DNA from: an uncultured Fibrobacterota bacterium
GTDB taxonomy: Bacteria; Fibrobacterota; Chitinivibrionia; Chitinivibrionales; FEN-1185
Direction: 5' to 3'
DNA: 64,000 nucleotides
NCBI GenBank assembly: GCA_963729895.1
Contig: CAVSQB010000028.1
Location: 227,495-291,494, forward strand
Each line of letters opens with the position of its first letter. The first letter of the stretch is position 1. A program made the position numbers and the translations under genes. Of this stretch, positions 51,916-62,086 are shown one piece after another. Below the pieces are notes generated by a model that was given only the letters and a program-made list of their open reading frames with translations, searched no databases and was not told the DNA's origin.

Positions 51916-53457
51916 ATGAAAGACAACGTTTTTATATTCGACACGACATTGCGTGACGGCGAACAGGCACTGGCCTCCAGCTTATCAGTCGACCAGAAAC
52001 TGCGCATCGCGCGCCAGCTCGCGCGGCTCAAGGTCGATATCATCGAGGCGGGGTTTCCCATAAGCTCTCCCGGCGATTTCGAAAGCGTGTCGGTTATTGC
52101 AAGGGAAATCAAAGGCCCGGTTATCTGCGGCCTGGCGCGGCTCATTGACAAAGATATTGTCGCATGCGGAAAGGCGCTCAAAGGCGCGGCGAGGCCCAGG
52201 ATCCACGTGTTTGTGGGAACCTCCGTAATCCATATGGAAAAGAAGCTGCGCAAGACCAACGACGAGGTGGTCGCCATGGCAGTGCATGCGATCAGGCTGA
52301 GCAGGAGATACTGTGACGACGTGGAGTTTTCACCGGAGGATGCGGGACGAACCGATATCGACTTCCTGTGCCGGATCGTGGAGGCCGCGATAAAGGCCGG
52401 CGCGAGCACCATTAACATTCCGGATACCGTGGGATACACCACGCCGGAGAAGTTCGCATGGATCATCGATTCGGTATTCAACCGTGTGCCCAACGTGGAC
52501 AGGGCCGTGATTTCGGTGCACTGCCACAACGACCTGGGCATGGCAACGGCGAATTCGGTGACGGCCGTGGCGCACGGCGCACGGCAGGTGGAATGCGCGA
52601 TAAACGGCCTGGGCGAGCGTGCCGGCAATGCCGCTCTCGAAGAAGTGGTGATGACGCTCGATGTGCGCAAAGACCTGTTCAACTTGGCTGTCGGAGTTGA
52701 CACAAAGGAGATCATGCGCACGAGCAAGCTCGTCCGCGACGTGTGCAATATGCCGGTCCAACCGAACAAGGCGGTGGTCGGATCCAACGCGTTTGCACAT
52801 TCCTCGGGCATTCACCAGGACGGGGTCCTCAAGGCGAGGAAAACGTACGAAATAATGACCCCGCAGTCGATAGGGCTTTTAGACAACCGGATGAACCTGA
52901 CAAGCCGCTCCGGCAGCCACATGGTCAAGTCGCGCCTGGCTGGCCTGGGATACAACGAGCGCGAGATCGACATCGTTGCGTTTTACAAACGCTTCATCGA
53001 GCTTGCCGACAAGAAGGGAACGGTATACGACGACGATCTGATATCGCTCATGGAGTCCAAGGGCGCCGCGGACATGACCGACGCGTTTGTCCTCGATTAT
53101 CTTAATGTGTCAAGCGGCAAGGGAACCGTTCCCACGGCCACGGTTCGCATCGCGGCGCGGGGGAAGATGTTCATGGAGGCCGCGTGCGGCGACGGCGCCG
53201 TTGACGCCGCCACAAAGGCGATCGACCGGATCACGGGCTTCAAGATCGCCGTTGAAGATTTCACGCTCACGTCGCTCACCGAGGGACGCGAGGCGCTGGG
53301 CAAGGTGAAAATCGTGGCAGCCTCGCCCGAAGGGGTGTTCACCGGCGTGGGCACGAGCACCGACATCGTCGAGGCGTCGGCCCTTGCGTATATGGATGTT
53401 GTCAACAAGATCGCCAGAATGAAGAAGTTTAAGAAGAAGCTGCCAATACATAAATAG
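51916..53457 (+). CDS. leuA: 2-isopropylmalate synthase
   Basis: DTTLRDGEQ, HCHNDLG, GERAGN and HSSGIHQDG motifs; regulatory domain. Confidence 0.95.
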   Translation: MKDNVFIFDTTLRDGEQALASSLSVDQKLRIARQLARLKVDIIEAGFPISSPGDFESVSVIAREIKGPVICGLARLIDKDIVACGKALKGAARPRIHVFVGTSVIHMEKKLRKTNDEVVAMAVHAIRLSRRYCDDVEFSPEDAGRTDIDFLCRIVEAAIKAGASTINIPDTVGYTTPEKFAWIIDSVFNRVPNVDRAVISVHCHNDLGMATANSVTAVAHGARQVECAINGLGERAGNAALEEVVMTLDVRKDLFNLAVGVDTKEIMRTSKLVRDVCNMPVQPNKAVVGSNAFAHSSGIHQDGVLKARKTYEIMTPQSIGLLDNRMNLTSRSGSHMVKSRLAGLGYNEREIDIVAFYKRFIELADKKGTVYDDDLISLMESKGAADMTDAFVLDYLNVSSGKGTVPTATVRIAARGKMFMEAACGDGAVDAATKAIDRITGFKIAVEDFTLTSLTEGREALGKVKIVAASPEGVFTGVGTSTDIVEASALAYMDVVNKIARMKKFKKKLPIHK

Positions 53458-53467
53458 GATGTGTTGG

Positions 53468-53580
53468 TGGGGGAAGTTTCCCCCTCGCTCCGGCCCTACG
53501 GTCCTCCGCTACCCCCTCCTGGGTAGTCGCCTTGACAAAGCAGTTGCGAGACCATGCATGGTTGCGGCGGCACCCACGGT
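53468..53580 (+). repeat. Intergenic repeat module A
   Basis: GGGGAAGTTTCCCCCTCGCTCC...CCCCCTCCTGGGT...GCAGTTGC...GGCACCCA shared with 51500. Confidence 0.7.
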
Positions 53581-53734
53581 GGATTGATGATTGCGGAATG
53601 CGGATTGAAAAAGAAAGAGTGTCATTGCGAGCGCAGCGAAGCAATCTACTGTTGAGTTGACTGTTATTATTATCTGTCATTTTGTTTTTCTCTTTATCAC
53701 GTTGTCTCTCACTAGAAGGAACTGGGATTCTTAA

Positions 53735-54799
53735 ATGAAATCGTACAACATCGCGGTTATCCCGGGTGACGGAACAGGCCCGGAAGTGGTGCGGGAGGGC
53801 GTAAAGGTCCTCGACGTGGCGTGCGCCAAGTACAACATGAAACTCAACTATGTCAATTACGATTTCGGCGGCGAGCGCTACCTGAGGACGGGCGAAACGC
53901 TTCCCGACAGCGCCATTGACGAGTTTCGCAAGCATGACGCCATTTTTCTGGGCGCCATCGGACACCCGGACGTCAAGCCCGGCGTGCTTGAGGTCGGGAT
54001 TTTGCTCAAGGCGAGGTTCGCGCTCGACCAGTACATCAATCTACGGCCCGTTAAGCTGTACCCGAATGTGGAGACGCCGCTCAAAGACAAGGGACCCGAG
54101 CACATCGATTTCGTGGTGATTCGCGAGAATACCGGAGGCATTTATACCGGCGTGGGCGGCGTGATGCAGAAGGGAACACCGCTGGAAATCGCGACGCAGG
54201 TGATGCTGTACTCGCGGCCCGTGGTTGAACGGTGCATGCGCTACGCCTACGAGTTCACGCGCAAGCGCAACAGGCGCAAGCTGCTCACGCTCGTGCACAA
54301 GTGCAACGTGCTTACGTATACGGGCGACCTGTGGGTGCGCGTGCACAATGAGATGGGCGATGCGGACTATCCCGACGTCAAGCAGGACTACAACCATGTC
54401 GACGCCTGCACAATGTGGTTTGTCAAGAGCCCGGAATTCTACGACGTCATCGTGACGGAAAACCTGTTCGGCGACATCATCACCGACCTCGCGGCCATGA
54501 TCCAGGGCGGCCTGGGCATCGCTGCGGGCGGCAACATCAACCCCGAGGGCGTGTCGATGTTTGAGCCCATGGGAGGGAGCGCGCCAAAATACACGGGGAA
54601 GAACGTGATCAACCCGCTTGCGGCCATCTCAGCCGCGGGAATGATGCTCGAAACCATCGGGGGAACTGCCGCGGGAAACGCGATAGAGCGCGCGGTTTAC
54701 GACGCGCTGGCCTCGGGCAGGATCAAGAGCCTTGCGGCAGGCAAGATGGGAATGGGAACGACGGAAGTTGGCGATTTTGTGGCGTCGCTTGTGAAGTAA
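53735..54799 (+). CDS. leuB: 3-isopropylmalate dehydrogenase
   Basis: IPGDGTGPEV, NLRP, IRENT, NLFGDIITD and FEPMGGSAP motifs; operon context. Confidence 0.9.
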   Translation: MKSYNIAVIPGDGTGPEVVREGVKVLDVACAKYNMKLNYVNYDFGGERYLRTGETLPDSAIDEFRKHDAIFLGAIGHPDVKPGVLEVGILLKARFALDQYINLRPVKLYPNVETPLKDKGPEHIDFVVIRENTGGIYTGVGGVMQKGTPLEIATQVMLYSRPVVERCMRYAYEFTRKRNRRKLLTLVHKCNVLTYTGDLWVRVHNEMGDADYPDVKQDYNHVDACTMWFVKSPEFYDVIVTENLFGDIITDLAAMIQGGLGIAAGGNINPEGVSMFEPMGGSAPKYTGKNVINPLAAISAAGMMLETIGGTAAGNAIERAVYDALASGRIKSLAAGKMGMGTTEVGDFVASLVK

Positions 54800-54814
54800 C
54801 GTAGCTCAAGATTC

Positions 54815-55187
54815 TGGGGAGAAGTTTCTCCCCCGGCTTCGGTCGGCCAACGCCGCCCTCAGCGCTCCCCTCTCCTGGGTGCACCCCCAGAGAGTGCAGT
54901 GGCAAGCGTCAACACCTGTGCGGGGGCACCCACGGAGAGTAGTTGAGAGGTTGAAGAGTTGAAAGGTCAGGCAGTAAACTGTATTTGATTTATGCGGATG
55001 CAGATTGGCGCGAGAAGAGGTAATTGACTGATAAGACTTCTATTTGCGCGCGTTAGGGGCGACCGGAGGCCGCTCTAGGAAAACGGTGCCGCTCGGACCC
55101 CGCCGGTACCCCGGCATAGGGCCGTGGCGGCCCGAGGGCGAGCCCGAGACCGGAAGAAGAACCGCCCCGCGAAGCGGGGGAACGCCC
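54815..55187 (+). repeat. Composite intergenic repeat, full copy (modules A+B)
   Basis: Homologous to 51500-51890. Confidence 0.8.
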
Positions 55188-55204
55188 AATTCTTTAGAAT
55201 GTGA

Positions 55205-56842
55205 ATGGAATACATGAACCAAAAAATCTTTATCTACGACACCACGCTCCGCGACGGTAACCAGGCGCTCGGGATAAATCTTTCCCTCACCGACAAGTTG
55301 AGCATCGCCAGGCGGCTGAGCGATCTGGGCGTGCACTATATCGAAGGCGGATGGCCCAACCCGACGAACAGCGTTGACGTCGAGTTCTACAAAAAGGCAA
55401 AGGCGCTTCGTCTTGCCTCGAAACTTGCGGTGTTCGGTTCCACAAAACGTCCGGCCGCTGCATGCGCCAGCGATCCGTATATCCAGATGCTTGTGCGATC
55501 CGGCGCGCCTGTCGCGACCATATTCGGCAAGACCTGGGACCTGCATGTGAGAAAAGTGCTCAAGGTGTCGCTTGAAGAAAACCTCGGGCTCATTTACGAC
55601 ACGGTTTCCTATCTTGCAAAGCACATGGACGAAGTTGTCTACGACGCCGAGCACTTTTTCGACGGGTACAGGCACAACCGCGATTACGCGCTTTCGACGC
55701 TTGCTGCTGCACAGGACGCGGGCGCCACCGTCATCGTCTTGTGCGACACCAACGGCGGTACGCTGCCCGGCGAATTTGCTCGCATATGGCGCGAGGTGAA
55801 AGAGTCGGTGCGGGTCCCGCTCGGGGTCCACACACACAACGATTCGGGCTGCGCGGACGCCAATTCGGTTATTGCCGTTGGCGAAGGAGCGGTGCAGGTA
55901 CAGGGCACCATAAACGGGATCGGAGAGCGTTGCGGCAACGCGAACCTGTGCACCGTCATTCCGGATTTGCAGCTCAAGCTGGGATTGACGGTGCTCCCCA
56001 CGCGCGCGCTGCACCAACTTACGGAGATTTCCATATTCGTGTCCGAGGTCGCCAACGTTGCGCACAACATACGCCAGCCGTACGTGGGCGAGTGCGCGTT
56101 TTCGCACAAGGCGGGCGCTCATGCGGACGGCGTTCGCAAAGCAAACGAGTCGTTTGAGCACGTGAGGCCCGAAAGCGTGGGCAACGCGCGGCAGTTTGTG
56201 GTATCATCGCAGGCGGGATCGGGTACGATCCTCGAAAAGTTGTCTGCGCTGGAACCCGGCCTCCGCAAGCATGACCCTCTGGTCAGGAAGCTGCTCGCAA
56301 AAATCAAGGGTTTGGAAGGCGACGGATACCAATTCGAAGCGGCCGACGCTTCCTTTGAGCTGATCGCCCGGGAAATGCTTGGTCGGCTCTCACAGTCGTT
56401 CGAGTTCAAAGGATTCAGGGTGATTGAGGAAAAACGCGAAAGCGGGGACGTCTTTTCCGAAGCAACCATCAAGCTCAGGAAGAACGGCGTGTTCGAGCAC
56501 ACCGCGGCGGAAGGCGACGGGCCCGTGAATGCGCTCGACAACGCGCTGCGAAAGGCTCTTGTCAAGTTCTACCCGAACCTCAAAGAGGTAAAACTCGAAG
56601 ACTTTAAGGTGCGCGTGCTGGACGGAAAAGAAGGGACCGCTGCAAAGGTGCGGGTGCTCATCGAATCCTCGGACGGCATGGAGCGATGGGGCACGGTAGG
56701 CGTGTCCACCAACGTGATCGAGGCGTCGTGGCTGGCGCTTATCGACAGCCTCAAATACAAACTCATGAAAGACGAACGGCGCCCGCTACGCCGGCGCGGG
56801 CACGGTCCGGCCCGCGCGCGGAAAGAGTTACAAAGGAATTGA
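55205..56842 (+). CDS. cimA: Citramalate synthase
   Basis: DTTLRDGNQ, YIEGGWP, YDAEHFFDG, LCDTNGG, AFSHKAGAH and GDGPVNALD motifs. Confidence 0.92.
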   Translation: MEYMNQKIFIYDTTLRDGNQALGINLSLTDKLSIARRLSDLGVHYIEGGWPNPTNSVDVEFYKKAKALRLASKLAVFGSTKRPAAACASDPYIQMLVRSGAPVATIFGKTWDLHVRKVLKVSLEENLGLIYDTVSYLAKHMDEVVYDAEHFFDGYRHNRDYALSTLAAAQDAGATVIVLCDTNGGTLPGEFARIWREVKESVRVPLGVHTHNDSGCADANSVIAVGEGAVQVQGTINGIGERCGNANLCTVIPDLQLKLGLTVLPTRALHQLTEISIFVSEVANVAHNIRQPYVGECAFSHKAGAHADGVRKANESFEHVRPESVGNARQFVVSSQAGSGTILEKLSALEPGLRKHDPLVRKLLAKIKGLEGDGYQFEAADASFELIAREMLGRLSQSFEFKGFRVIEEKRESGDVFSEATIKLRKNGVFEHTAAEGDGPVNALDNALRKALVKFYPNLKEVKLEDFKVRVLDGKEGTAAKVRVLIESSDGMERWGTVGVSTNVIEASWLALIDSLKYKLMKDERRPLRRRGHGPARARKELQRN

Positions 56843-56855
56843 CAGGAGTTGGGTC

Positions 56856-57881
56856 ATGGCAAAGAACATCGATTGGAAGAACCTCGGTTTCCAATACATG
56901 CAAACTGAGTGCTACGTCACCTGCGAATACAAGGCAGGAAGGTGGGGTGAAATCCAGATATGCACCGATCCCCACCTGACGCTCCACATTGCGGCAACCT
57001 GCCTGCACTACGGCCAGGCGTGCTTCGAGGGCCTCAAGGCGTTCGGCAGGAAAGACGGCTCCGTTGCCATGTTCAGGCCCGAAGAGAATGCGCAGCGGCT
57101 TATCAATACGGGCCGGCGGCTGGTGATGGAACCGCCGCCCCAGGAACTGTTCCTGTCGGCCGCGCGGACGCTGGTTGCGCTTAACAAACAATACGTGCCT
57201 CCGTACGGCACGGACGCAAGCATGTACCTCCGGCCGTTTCTTATCGGCACGAGTCCGCACATCGGCGTGCACCCGTCCGAAGAATACATGTTTGTGATGC
57301 TTGCCACACCCATGGGAGCCTATTACAAGAACGGTTTCTATCCTGTTAAAGCGTACATCCAGGAGCGGTACGACCGGGCGGCGCCCAAGGGAGTCGGCAA
57401 TGTCAAGGCGGCCGGTAACTACGCCGCAGGCATGATGGGTGACATTGACGGACAAGAAAAAGGATATCCGATATGCTTGTATCTCGACTCGGCAACGCAC
57501 CAGTACATAGACGAGTTCGGCACGTCGAATTTTCTGGCCATAACCAAGGACGGCCGGTACGTAACGCCCGATTCGTCGTCGGTGCTGCCGAGCGTGACGA
57601 ACAAGAGCCTCCAGGACATCGCCCGTGATTTCGGGCTCACGGTGGAGCGGCGCCGGATCCGTGCAGACGAACTTGCCGACTTTGCCGAGGTGGGCGCGTG
57701 CGGCACGGCGGTGGTGATCACGCCGGTGTGTTCGATACAGCGCGGCAGCACCCTGTTTACGTTCGGCAAGGAAAACGAGGCAGGCCCAACGCTCACGCGG
57801 CTTTACAATGAGATAAAAGGCATCCAGTACGGCGAGATCGATGATCGGCACGGGTGGATGTGCCGGGTGGATGTTGCGTAA
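56856..57881 (+). CDS. ilvE: Branched-chain amino acid aminotransferase
   Basis: LHYGQACFEGLKA, KAAGNYA and GACGTAVVITP motifs. Confidence 0.95.
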   Translation: MAKNIDWKNLGFQYMQTECYVTCEYKAGRWGEIQICTDPHLTLHIAATCLHYGQACFEGLKAFGRKDGSVAMFRPEENAQRLINTGRRLVMEPPPQELFLSAARTLVALNKQYVPPYGTDASMYLRPFLIGTSPHIGVHPSEEYMFVMLATPMGAYYKNGFYPVKAYIQERYDRAAPKGVGNVKAAGNYAAGMMGDIDGQEKGYPICLYLDSATHQYIDEFGTSNFLAITKDGRYVTPDSSSVLPSVTNKSLQDIARDFGLTVERRRIRADELADFAEVGACGTAVVITPVCSIQRGSTLFTFGKENEAGPTLTRLYNEIKGIQYGEIDDRHGWMCRVDVA

Positions 57882-57899
57882 AATCAAGCGATTTTACTA

Positions 57900-58057
57900 G
57901 GGGAAGTTTCCCTTAGGGTTCAGCCTACCGGCAGAATCCAAGGTCACTTGCGATAAGTGGCGGTAGGCTGAACCCATACCCCCCTCGGGTGCACCCCTCA
58001 TGGAAGCGGTTGCAAGCCGCGAACACTCGTGTGGGGGCACCCGCGGAAAGCAGTTGA
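57900..58057 (+). repeat. Intergenic repeat module A variant with an internal 15-bp inverted repeat
   Basis: GGGAAGTTTCCC...GGGTGCACCCC...GGGGGCACCC; GGGTTCAGCCTACCG / CGGTAGGCTGAACCC. Confidence 0.7.
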
Positions 58058-58073
58058 CCCGAAGAGACATTTG

Positions 58074-59297
58074 TCAACCTAAGAATCCTCGCTTCTCACA
58101 TTCCTCATACCCCTGCAAATACCGTAGGTAATAGATCCACTTCATTGGACTGTGACGATTGAAGAGGCATCTGTAATAACGCCCGCGATAGCTGAATTCA
58201 ACGATGTCCTTCTTTTGGATGACAACCGCCTGAATGCGAGGTACCTCGAACACAAGCGCAGGCCGGGATGTTTGCTCGAAGGAAAAGGTGAGCGAGGCCG
58301 GGGTGAGGAGAAGGGTGCCGCGGCCCTCAGCTTCGAAACGCACGTTGTCGTCTCCGGCCGACAGGCTGACGTCTGCGCTTTCTGTGAGCACCGATTCCGC
58401 GGTCGCGGACTTGATGACATCGATCACCCGTTGCCGGTGCCATTGCGCCCAGTCGTAAAGGTCGGCAAAGCACTTCGTTCCGGATTCCACCGGCGTCAAT
58501 TTGCAAACGGCATCCAGGGACCACCCGCCACCGCAGGACGTGCACCGTATGTCGTTCCCACGCGTGACAAGCGTGTCTTCCGCCCCGCATTCCATGCACA
58601 TCCAGACAAAACGTTCGAGGCCTTCCGCAAGCCGTGTACCTGAAAAGCGTGCAGCGGAGTTTGAGGGATCCTTTATGTCGTTATGCCACATTGACGACTT
58701 CATAAGATCGAAAAGCGCTTCGTCGGACATGGCAGCAACCTGCACCGGGTTCATTGTTTTGTAGGTCACCGCGATCCTGCCCTTGCGAATGAAATCCGCC
58801 CACCAGGGCTTGGTGAGGAAATTACCGGTAACACGGGTGAGTACGAGGTTTGCGCCGCTGCGGCGCACGATCTTCTCTATTCCTTTGTATATGAGTTGCG
58901 TCCGGCCGTCCCAGCTTGTCTGGCCCTCGGGGAAAATGCATACCGGATAGCCGGCCGATAAAAGCGACATCGTCTTCCTCATTGCCCTAAAATCCGGTGC
59001 TCCCTTTCTCTTGGGAAACGCGCCGATGCTTTTGAGATACCACCTGGATACGGCGCCCCGGGTAAACGCTTCGTCGTTGCACATAATGGCGAGCGGATAG
59101 CGGCTGAAACAGCCGATGATCCAGGGATCAAAGAATGTCCCGTGGTTCGAAATGATCACAAAGGGAGGTTTGGGGAGCGGATCGGAATCCTTTAATTTTG
59201 TAAAGTGATACCGCGGCCACAGGTAGCAGCGGACAAATAGGCGGGACACAAGGTTCCACATTGTCCAGCGGTATAGGTACAAAAGCAGGTTCTTCAT
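58074..59297 (-). CDS. Lysophospholipid acyltransferase family protein
   Basis: NHGTFFD (HxxxxD) and IFPEG motifs; C-terminal CxxC...CxxC. Confidence 0.88.
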   Translation of the reverse strand: MKNLLLYLYRWTMWNLVSRLFVRCYLWPRYHFTKLKDSDPLPKPPFVIISNHGTFFDPWIIGCFSRYPLAIMCNDEAFTRGAVSRWYLKSIGAFPKRKGAPDFRAMRKTMSLLSAGYPVCIFPEGQTSWDGRTQLIYKGIEKIVRRSGANLVLTRVTGNFLTKPWWADFIRKGRIAVTYKTMNPVQVAAMSDEALFDLMKSSMWHNDIKDPSNSAARFSGTRLAEGLERFVWMCMECGAEDTLVTRGNDIRCTSCGGGWSLDAVCKLTPVESGTKCFADLYDWAQWHRQRVIDVIKSATAESVLTESADVSLSAGDDNVRFEAEGRGTLLLTPASLTFSFEQTSRPALVFEVPRIQAVVIQKKDIVEFSYRGRYYRCLFNRHSPMKWIYYLRYLQGYEECEKRGFLG

Positions 59298-60388
59298 GCG
59301 TTGAATCTGAAGAGCACGATGTCGCCGTCCATGACGATATATTCCTTGCCCTCCGACCGGATCTTACCTGCGGCGCGTATCGCCGTTTCCGATTTGTACT
59401 GTTCCAGATCGGCCACGGTGAATACCTCGGCCCGGATGAAGCCTTTTTCGAAATCGGTGTGGATCGTGCCGGCAGCTTTGGCGGCGGACGTGCCTCTCCG
59501 CACGGTCCAAGCGCGGTTTTCCTTGTCGGTTGCGGTAAAAAACGTTTCGAGGCCCAACAGACGGTACGTTGCCTGCGCAAGGGCCGCGAGCCCCGATTTG
59601 TCAAGGCCGAGCCCTGCAAGGAACTCGGGTTGCTCCTGCGACGGGAGGTCGGCGATCTCGGCTTCGATTTTTCCGCAGATGCGCACCACATCGGACCCTT
59701 CTGCATCCGCGCGCTTCCGCAGCGCGGCCGCGGCGGCGTTGTCCGACACTACGGAATTCTCATCAACGTTGGCAACGTACAAAACGGGCTTTACCGTGAG
59801 CAGGTTGAGTTCCAGCAGTGAGGCGAAATCCTCGGCAGTCCCGGCCATGTTCCGGACGGGTGTGCCGGCCGATAGGGCGTCGAATGCTTTCTGGAAGGCA
59901 AGAAGTTGCTCGCTGAGCTCTTTGTCGCCAGATTTTGCCGCCTTTTCAACTCTCGCAATGCCTCGTTCCACGGTTCCGAGGTCCGCGAGCAGGAGTTCGG
60001 TTTCAACCAGGCTCACATCGCGGAGAGGGTCAACCGACCCCTCCACATGCACGACATTCCCGTCCTCAAAGCAGCGCACCACGTGCACGACCGCATGCAC
60101 GTTTTTTATGTGGCCCAGGAACTGGTTGCCCAGTCCCTCGCCTCTTGATGCTCCTTTGACAAGGCCGGCGATGTCCACGAGCTCCAGAAATGCGGGCACC
60201 ACCTTTTGCGTGGGCGACAGCTGGGTAATGCGGCCCAAACGGTCGTCGGGGACCGCGACAATGCCGCTATTGGGGTCAATGGTGGTGAATGGATAATTCT
60301 CCACCTGCGCCTTGCCGGCGCACAGCGCGTTGAAAACGGTTGACTTGCCCACGTTCGGCAGGCCGACGATTCCTGCGGAGATTCCCAT
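59294..60388 (-). CDS. ychF: Redox-regulated ATPase YchF
   Basis: GIVGLPNVGKST, NYPFTTIDPN, DIAGLVKGASRGEGLGNQFL and IHTDFEKGFIRAE motifs. Confidence 0.97.
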   Translation of the reverse strand: MGISAGIVGLPNVGKSTVFNALCAGKAQVENYPFTTIDPNSGIVAVPDDRLGRITQLSPTQKVVPAFLELVDIAGLVKGASRGEGLGNQFLGHIKNVHAVVHVVRCFEDGNVVHVEGSVDPLRDVSLVETELLLADLGTVERGIARVEKAAKSGDKELSEQLLAFQKAFDALSAGTPVRNMAGTAEDFASLLELNLLTVKPVLYVANVDENSVVSDNAAAAALRKRADAEGSDVVRICGKIEAEIADLPSQEQPEFLAGLGLDKSGLAALAQATYRLLGLETFFTATDKENRAWTVRRGTSAAKAAGTIHTDFEKGFIRAEVFTVADLEQYKSETAIRAAGKIRSEGKEYIVMDGDIVLFRFNA

Positions 60389-60601
60389 AGGGAAATAATA
60401 TACGTTTGTGCCGTCGTCCCGCACCCGGCAAACGGAGAGTCAGGAATTATTTCCTTGCCCCGGCCTCTTCCATCTTTCTACATTACAAGGTGCATGAAGG
60501 CTCTCTTGTGGAAGTACTATTTCTGGGTGGCTATACCCCCGAAAACTTGCTCATTTGAGAAGGGAGTTTTCCGAGTTATTTTAAACTAACTAGGAGGACT
60601 C

Positions 60602-60865
60602 ATGAAAGGCAAGCGCTACAGTGAAGAGCAGATTTTTCGGATCCTGCAAGAGGGCGACCGCGGAGCCAAAGTCGCTGATCTTTGTCGTCAATATGGTATT
60701 TCAGAGAACACGTACTTCCGTTGGAAGAGCAAATACAGCGGACTTGAGCTCTCTGATCTGAAAAGGATGAAGGAGATCGAGGGCGAAAACAGCCGGCTCA
60801 AGCGGATTGTTGCAGACCAGGCACTTCAGATCGATGCAATGAAGGAAGTGCTGCAAAGAAAATAG
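60602..60865 (+). CDS. IS3 transposase OrfA
   Basis: Protein identical to 14019-14282. Confidence 0.95.
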   Translation: MKGKRYSEEQIFRILQEGDRGAKVADLCRQYGISENTYFRWKSKYSGLELSDLKRMKEIEGENSRLKRIVADQALQIDAMKEVLQRK

Positions 60866-61723
60866 TGAAGCGTCCTCAGCGTAGGCTGACTGTGGACGCA
60901 CTAATGCGGCAAGGCCTGAGTCAACGGAAAGCATGCGGACTTCTGGGTATGACACCGGCAGGGTACCGCTATCGACCGCAGGAATCGGCTTTGAACAGCG
61001 AGTTGAAAACAAAAATGCATGAAACCATTTCATCGTTCCGTTCATGGGGCTTTCCGACGCTTTATTGGTATCTCCGCAACCTTGGGTACATAGTAAATCA
61101 CAAACGTGTGCATCGGCTCTACAAGGAAGAATCGCTTCAGAAAAAGCAAGCGGAGGAGGCGTCAGAAACGCAATAGCCAACGGATGCCGTTGACGCTGCC
61201 GGATCGGCCAAGCCGTCGCTGGTCAATGGATTTCATATTCGACAGTACTTCCGACAAGCGCAAGCTGAAATGCCTGAATGTTGTCGATGACTGCACCCGT
61301 GAGGCTCTTGCAATCAAGGTAGCACGTTCTATTCCAGCACTAGGAGTCTGCCAAGTTCTAGACCACCTGGTGGCCAGGTACGGAAAGCCGGAAGCTCTGT
61401 TGACTGATAACGGCCCGGAATTCCGGAGCAAAGAACTCATGCTCTGGGCAATACGAAACCAGGTAAGGCAGGAATTCATTCAGCCCGGCAAGCCCAGCCA
61501 GAATGCTTTTGTAGAATCATTCAATTCGATATTCAGGGACCAATGCTTGAATGAAAACTGGTTCATCTCATTAGAGGACGCAGAAAGAATAATCGAACAT
61601 TGGAAGAACATTTACAACCGGATACGGCCACACGGATCACTAAAGGGGAAAACACCTGAAGAATACAGAGGTCAATTCAAAGAGAAAACTCCCATTTCGA
61701 CTGAGAAAGTAATTGGGGTATAG
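60865..61723 (+). pseudogene. IS3 transposase OrfB with +1 frameshift
   Basis: Split into 60865-61176 and 61106-61723; CAGAAAAAGC vs CAGAAAAGC in copy 1. Confidence 0.85.
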
Positions 61724-62086
61724 CCATGGGTGATACTGGCATTCGACATGATCTCGTTCGTAATGCCTCTTGAAAGGCGCGTGTGGGAGCTTGTGGAAAC
61801 CGGGTTCTTTCTCGTGGCACTCTGCGGTCTGTTCGGGTTTTGTTGGGAAAGGCGGATTTTGAGCAGATCGTTCTGGCAACTGTTTGTGGTGGCGTTTCTG
61901 GGCTGGCTCACGTTCTATTTCTGCATCAGGCCGCCGCAGGGCATGCAGTTAAGTCTTGAAAAAATTCCGGTGTTCACGTTCGCGGCGCTGGCGGCAGTCA
62001 CCGCACTTTTGCACGTTCCTCTTGTTTCGGCGCTGTTTCTTTATGCGTTTCGGCGGGCCGATATCTGGGGAAAGTGATTCCGGCTC

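Larger units (their letters stand above)
60528..61726 (+). mobile_element. IS3-family insertion sequence, copy 2 (1199 bp, orfB frameshifted)
   Basis: Same IRs as 13159-14356; 4-bp duplication TGGG; extra A in the run at 61141-61145. Confidence 0.95.
60494..62077 (+). pseudogene. Small membrane protein interrupted by IS3 copy 2
   Basis: Removing the IS and one TGGG copy gives MKALLWKYYFW-VILAFDMISF... in frame. Confidence 0.8.

Noticed and set aside
53620..53735. Second Leu/Ile-rich leader peptide before leuB
   Set aside because: No convincing start codon or RBS and no terminator; the stretch begins with a REP-like GTCATTGCGAGCGCAGCGAAGCAATCT
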